A DNA stretch of 64,000 nucleotides. Origin: Chloroflexota bacterium (GTDB lineage: Bacteria > Chloroflexota > Limnocylindria > Limnocylindrales > CSP1-4). This document shows positions 63,463-64,000 of the stretch, piece by piece. Under the pieces are notes generated by a model, which worked only from the letters and a program-made list of their open reading frames with translations, had not been told where the DNA came from and ran no database searches. The translations under genes and the position numbers were made by a program. Position 1 is the stretch's first letter. The number at the start of each line of letters is the position of its first letter. The stretch lies in assembly GCA_003169735.1 (NCBI GenBank), contig PNAP01000025.1:179-64178 (forward strand), written 5' to 3'.

Positions 63463-64000
63463 TCAGCGCCTCCGACCGCAAGCAGGAAGCGATCGTCGCC
63501 GACTTCCCGATCCTGGCCAAGCTCACGTCGCGCGGCAAACGACTCGTGTACCTCGACTCGGCCGCCTCGTCGCAGAAACCGCGCGCGGTGATCCAAGCGC
63601 TGGTCGACTACTACGAGAACGACAACGCCAACATCCACCGCGGCGTGTACGAGCTCGCCGCCCGCGCGACCGACGCGTTCGAGGGAGCGCGCGCGAAGGT
63701 CGCCCGCTTCGTGAACGCCGCGGATACCGCCGAGATCATCTGGACGCGCAACACGACCGAGGCCATCAACCTCGTCTCGTTCGCGTGGGGCTTGGCGAAC
63801 CTGGGCCCCGGCGATGCAATCCTCACGACGCAGCTCGAGCACCACTCGAACCTCGTGCCGTGGCAGCTCCTCGCCGCGAAGACGGGCGCCGAGCTGCGCT
63901 TCATCCCCGCCGACCGCGACGGCGTCCTGGTGCTCGATCATCTCGACGATCTGCTCGCCGGCGTGAAGCTCGTCGCGCTCGCGCACATCTCGAACACGAT
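63459..64000 (+). CDS. sufS: Cysteine desulfurase SufS, N-terminal fragment running off the window end
   Basis: ATGA overlap with the sufD stop. The translation [67 protein letters not shown] is the canonical SufS N-terminus. Confidence 0.85.
   Translation, partial: [180 protein letters not shown]

Overview
This is a 64-kb, very GC-rich (about 70 percent) bacterial chromosomal segment, gene-dense on both strands. Its content looks Actinobacteria-like: an Mca/MshB-family amidase, a rhodanese very close to mycobacterial CysA2, an MMPL transporter, GT87/DUF2029-like membrane proteins and a Flp pilin. The suf operon, however, has the sufC-sufD-sufS order typical of Firmicutes/Chloroflexi. The high GC generates many long antisense pseudo-ORFs, which I discarded when a clearly homologous protein was encoded on the opposite strand.

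Left to right the window contains:
- a partial lipoprotein gene, hisA, a DUF885 HExxH protein, threonine aldolase, a secreted BNR/Asp-box protein and tRNA-Asp(GTC);
- two tandem, translationally coupled CapA-family metallophosphatase paralogs;
- a secreted S53 (sedolisin) peptidase and a secreted S8 subtilase flanking a TrmB-family regulator, with CAC/GTG palindromes in the divergent promoter;
- an operon of two PAPS-type sulfotransferase paralogs plus an Mca-like amidase, divergent from a family III CoA-transferase;
- a GAF sensor kinase / NarL-type regulator pair, followed by a three-gene operon: a ferredoxin-GltD-like flavoprotein fusion plus two paralogous 5-TM membrane proteins;
- an SDR, then TauE/SafE plus DUF1634;
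- an MMPL transporter fused to a C-terminal AttH/CrtC-like domain, with OsmC and an unannotated 44-aa Flp pilin gene upstream;
- lysine 2,3-aminomutase and a convergent pair of GT-C-like membrane proteins;
- a GH1 / GH94 cellobiose phosphorylase / GH130 glycan-phosphorolysis module;
- an MFS transporter, CysA-like rhodanese, a serine hydrolase, the DarA c-di-AMP receptor, DUF433, a DUF59 Fe-S protein and a PduO-type adenosyltransferase with no canonical start, preceded by an in-frame 18-bp tandem repeat;
- BI-1/YccA and a 3-hydroxyacid dehydrogenase;
- an amino-sugar utilisation locus: SIS deaminase, GH3 NagZ, sugar ABC transporter, ROK kinase and ROK repressor;
- rrf2-sufC-sufD-sufS, with sufS running off the window end.

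The observations I rate most worth follow-up are the ferredoxin-GltD plus twin-membrane-protein operon, the MMPL-AttH fusion with its hidden Flp gene, the sulfotransferase-Mca cassette, and the PduO gene with its in-frame repeat.
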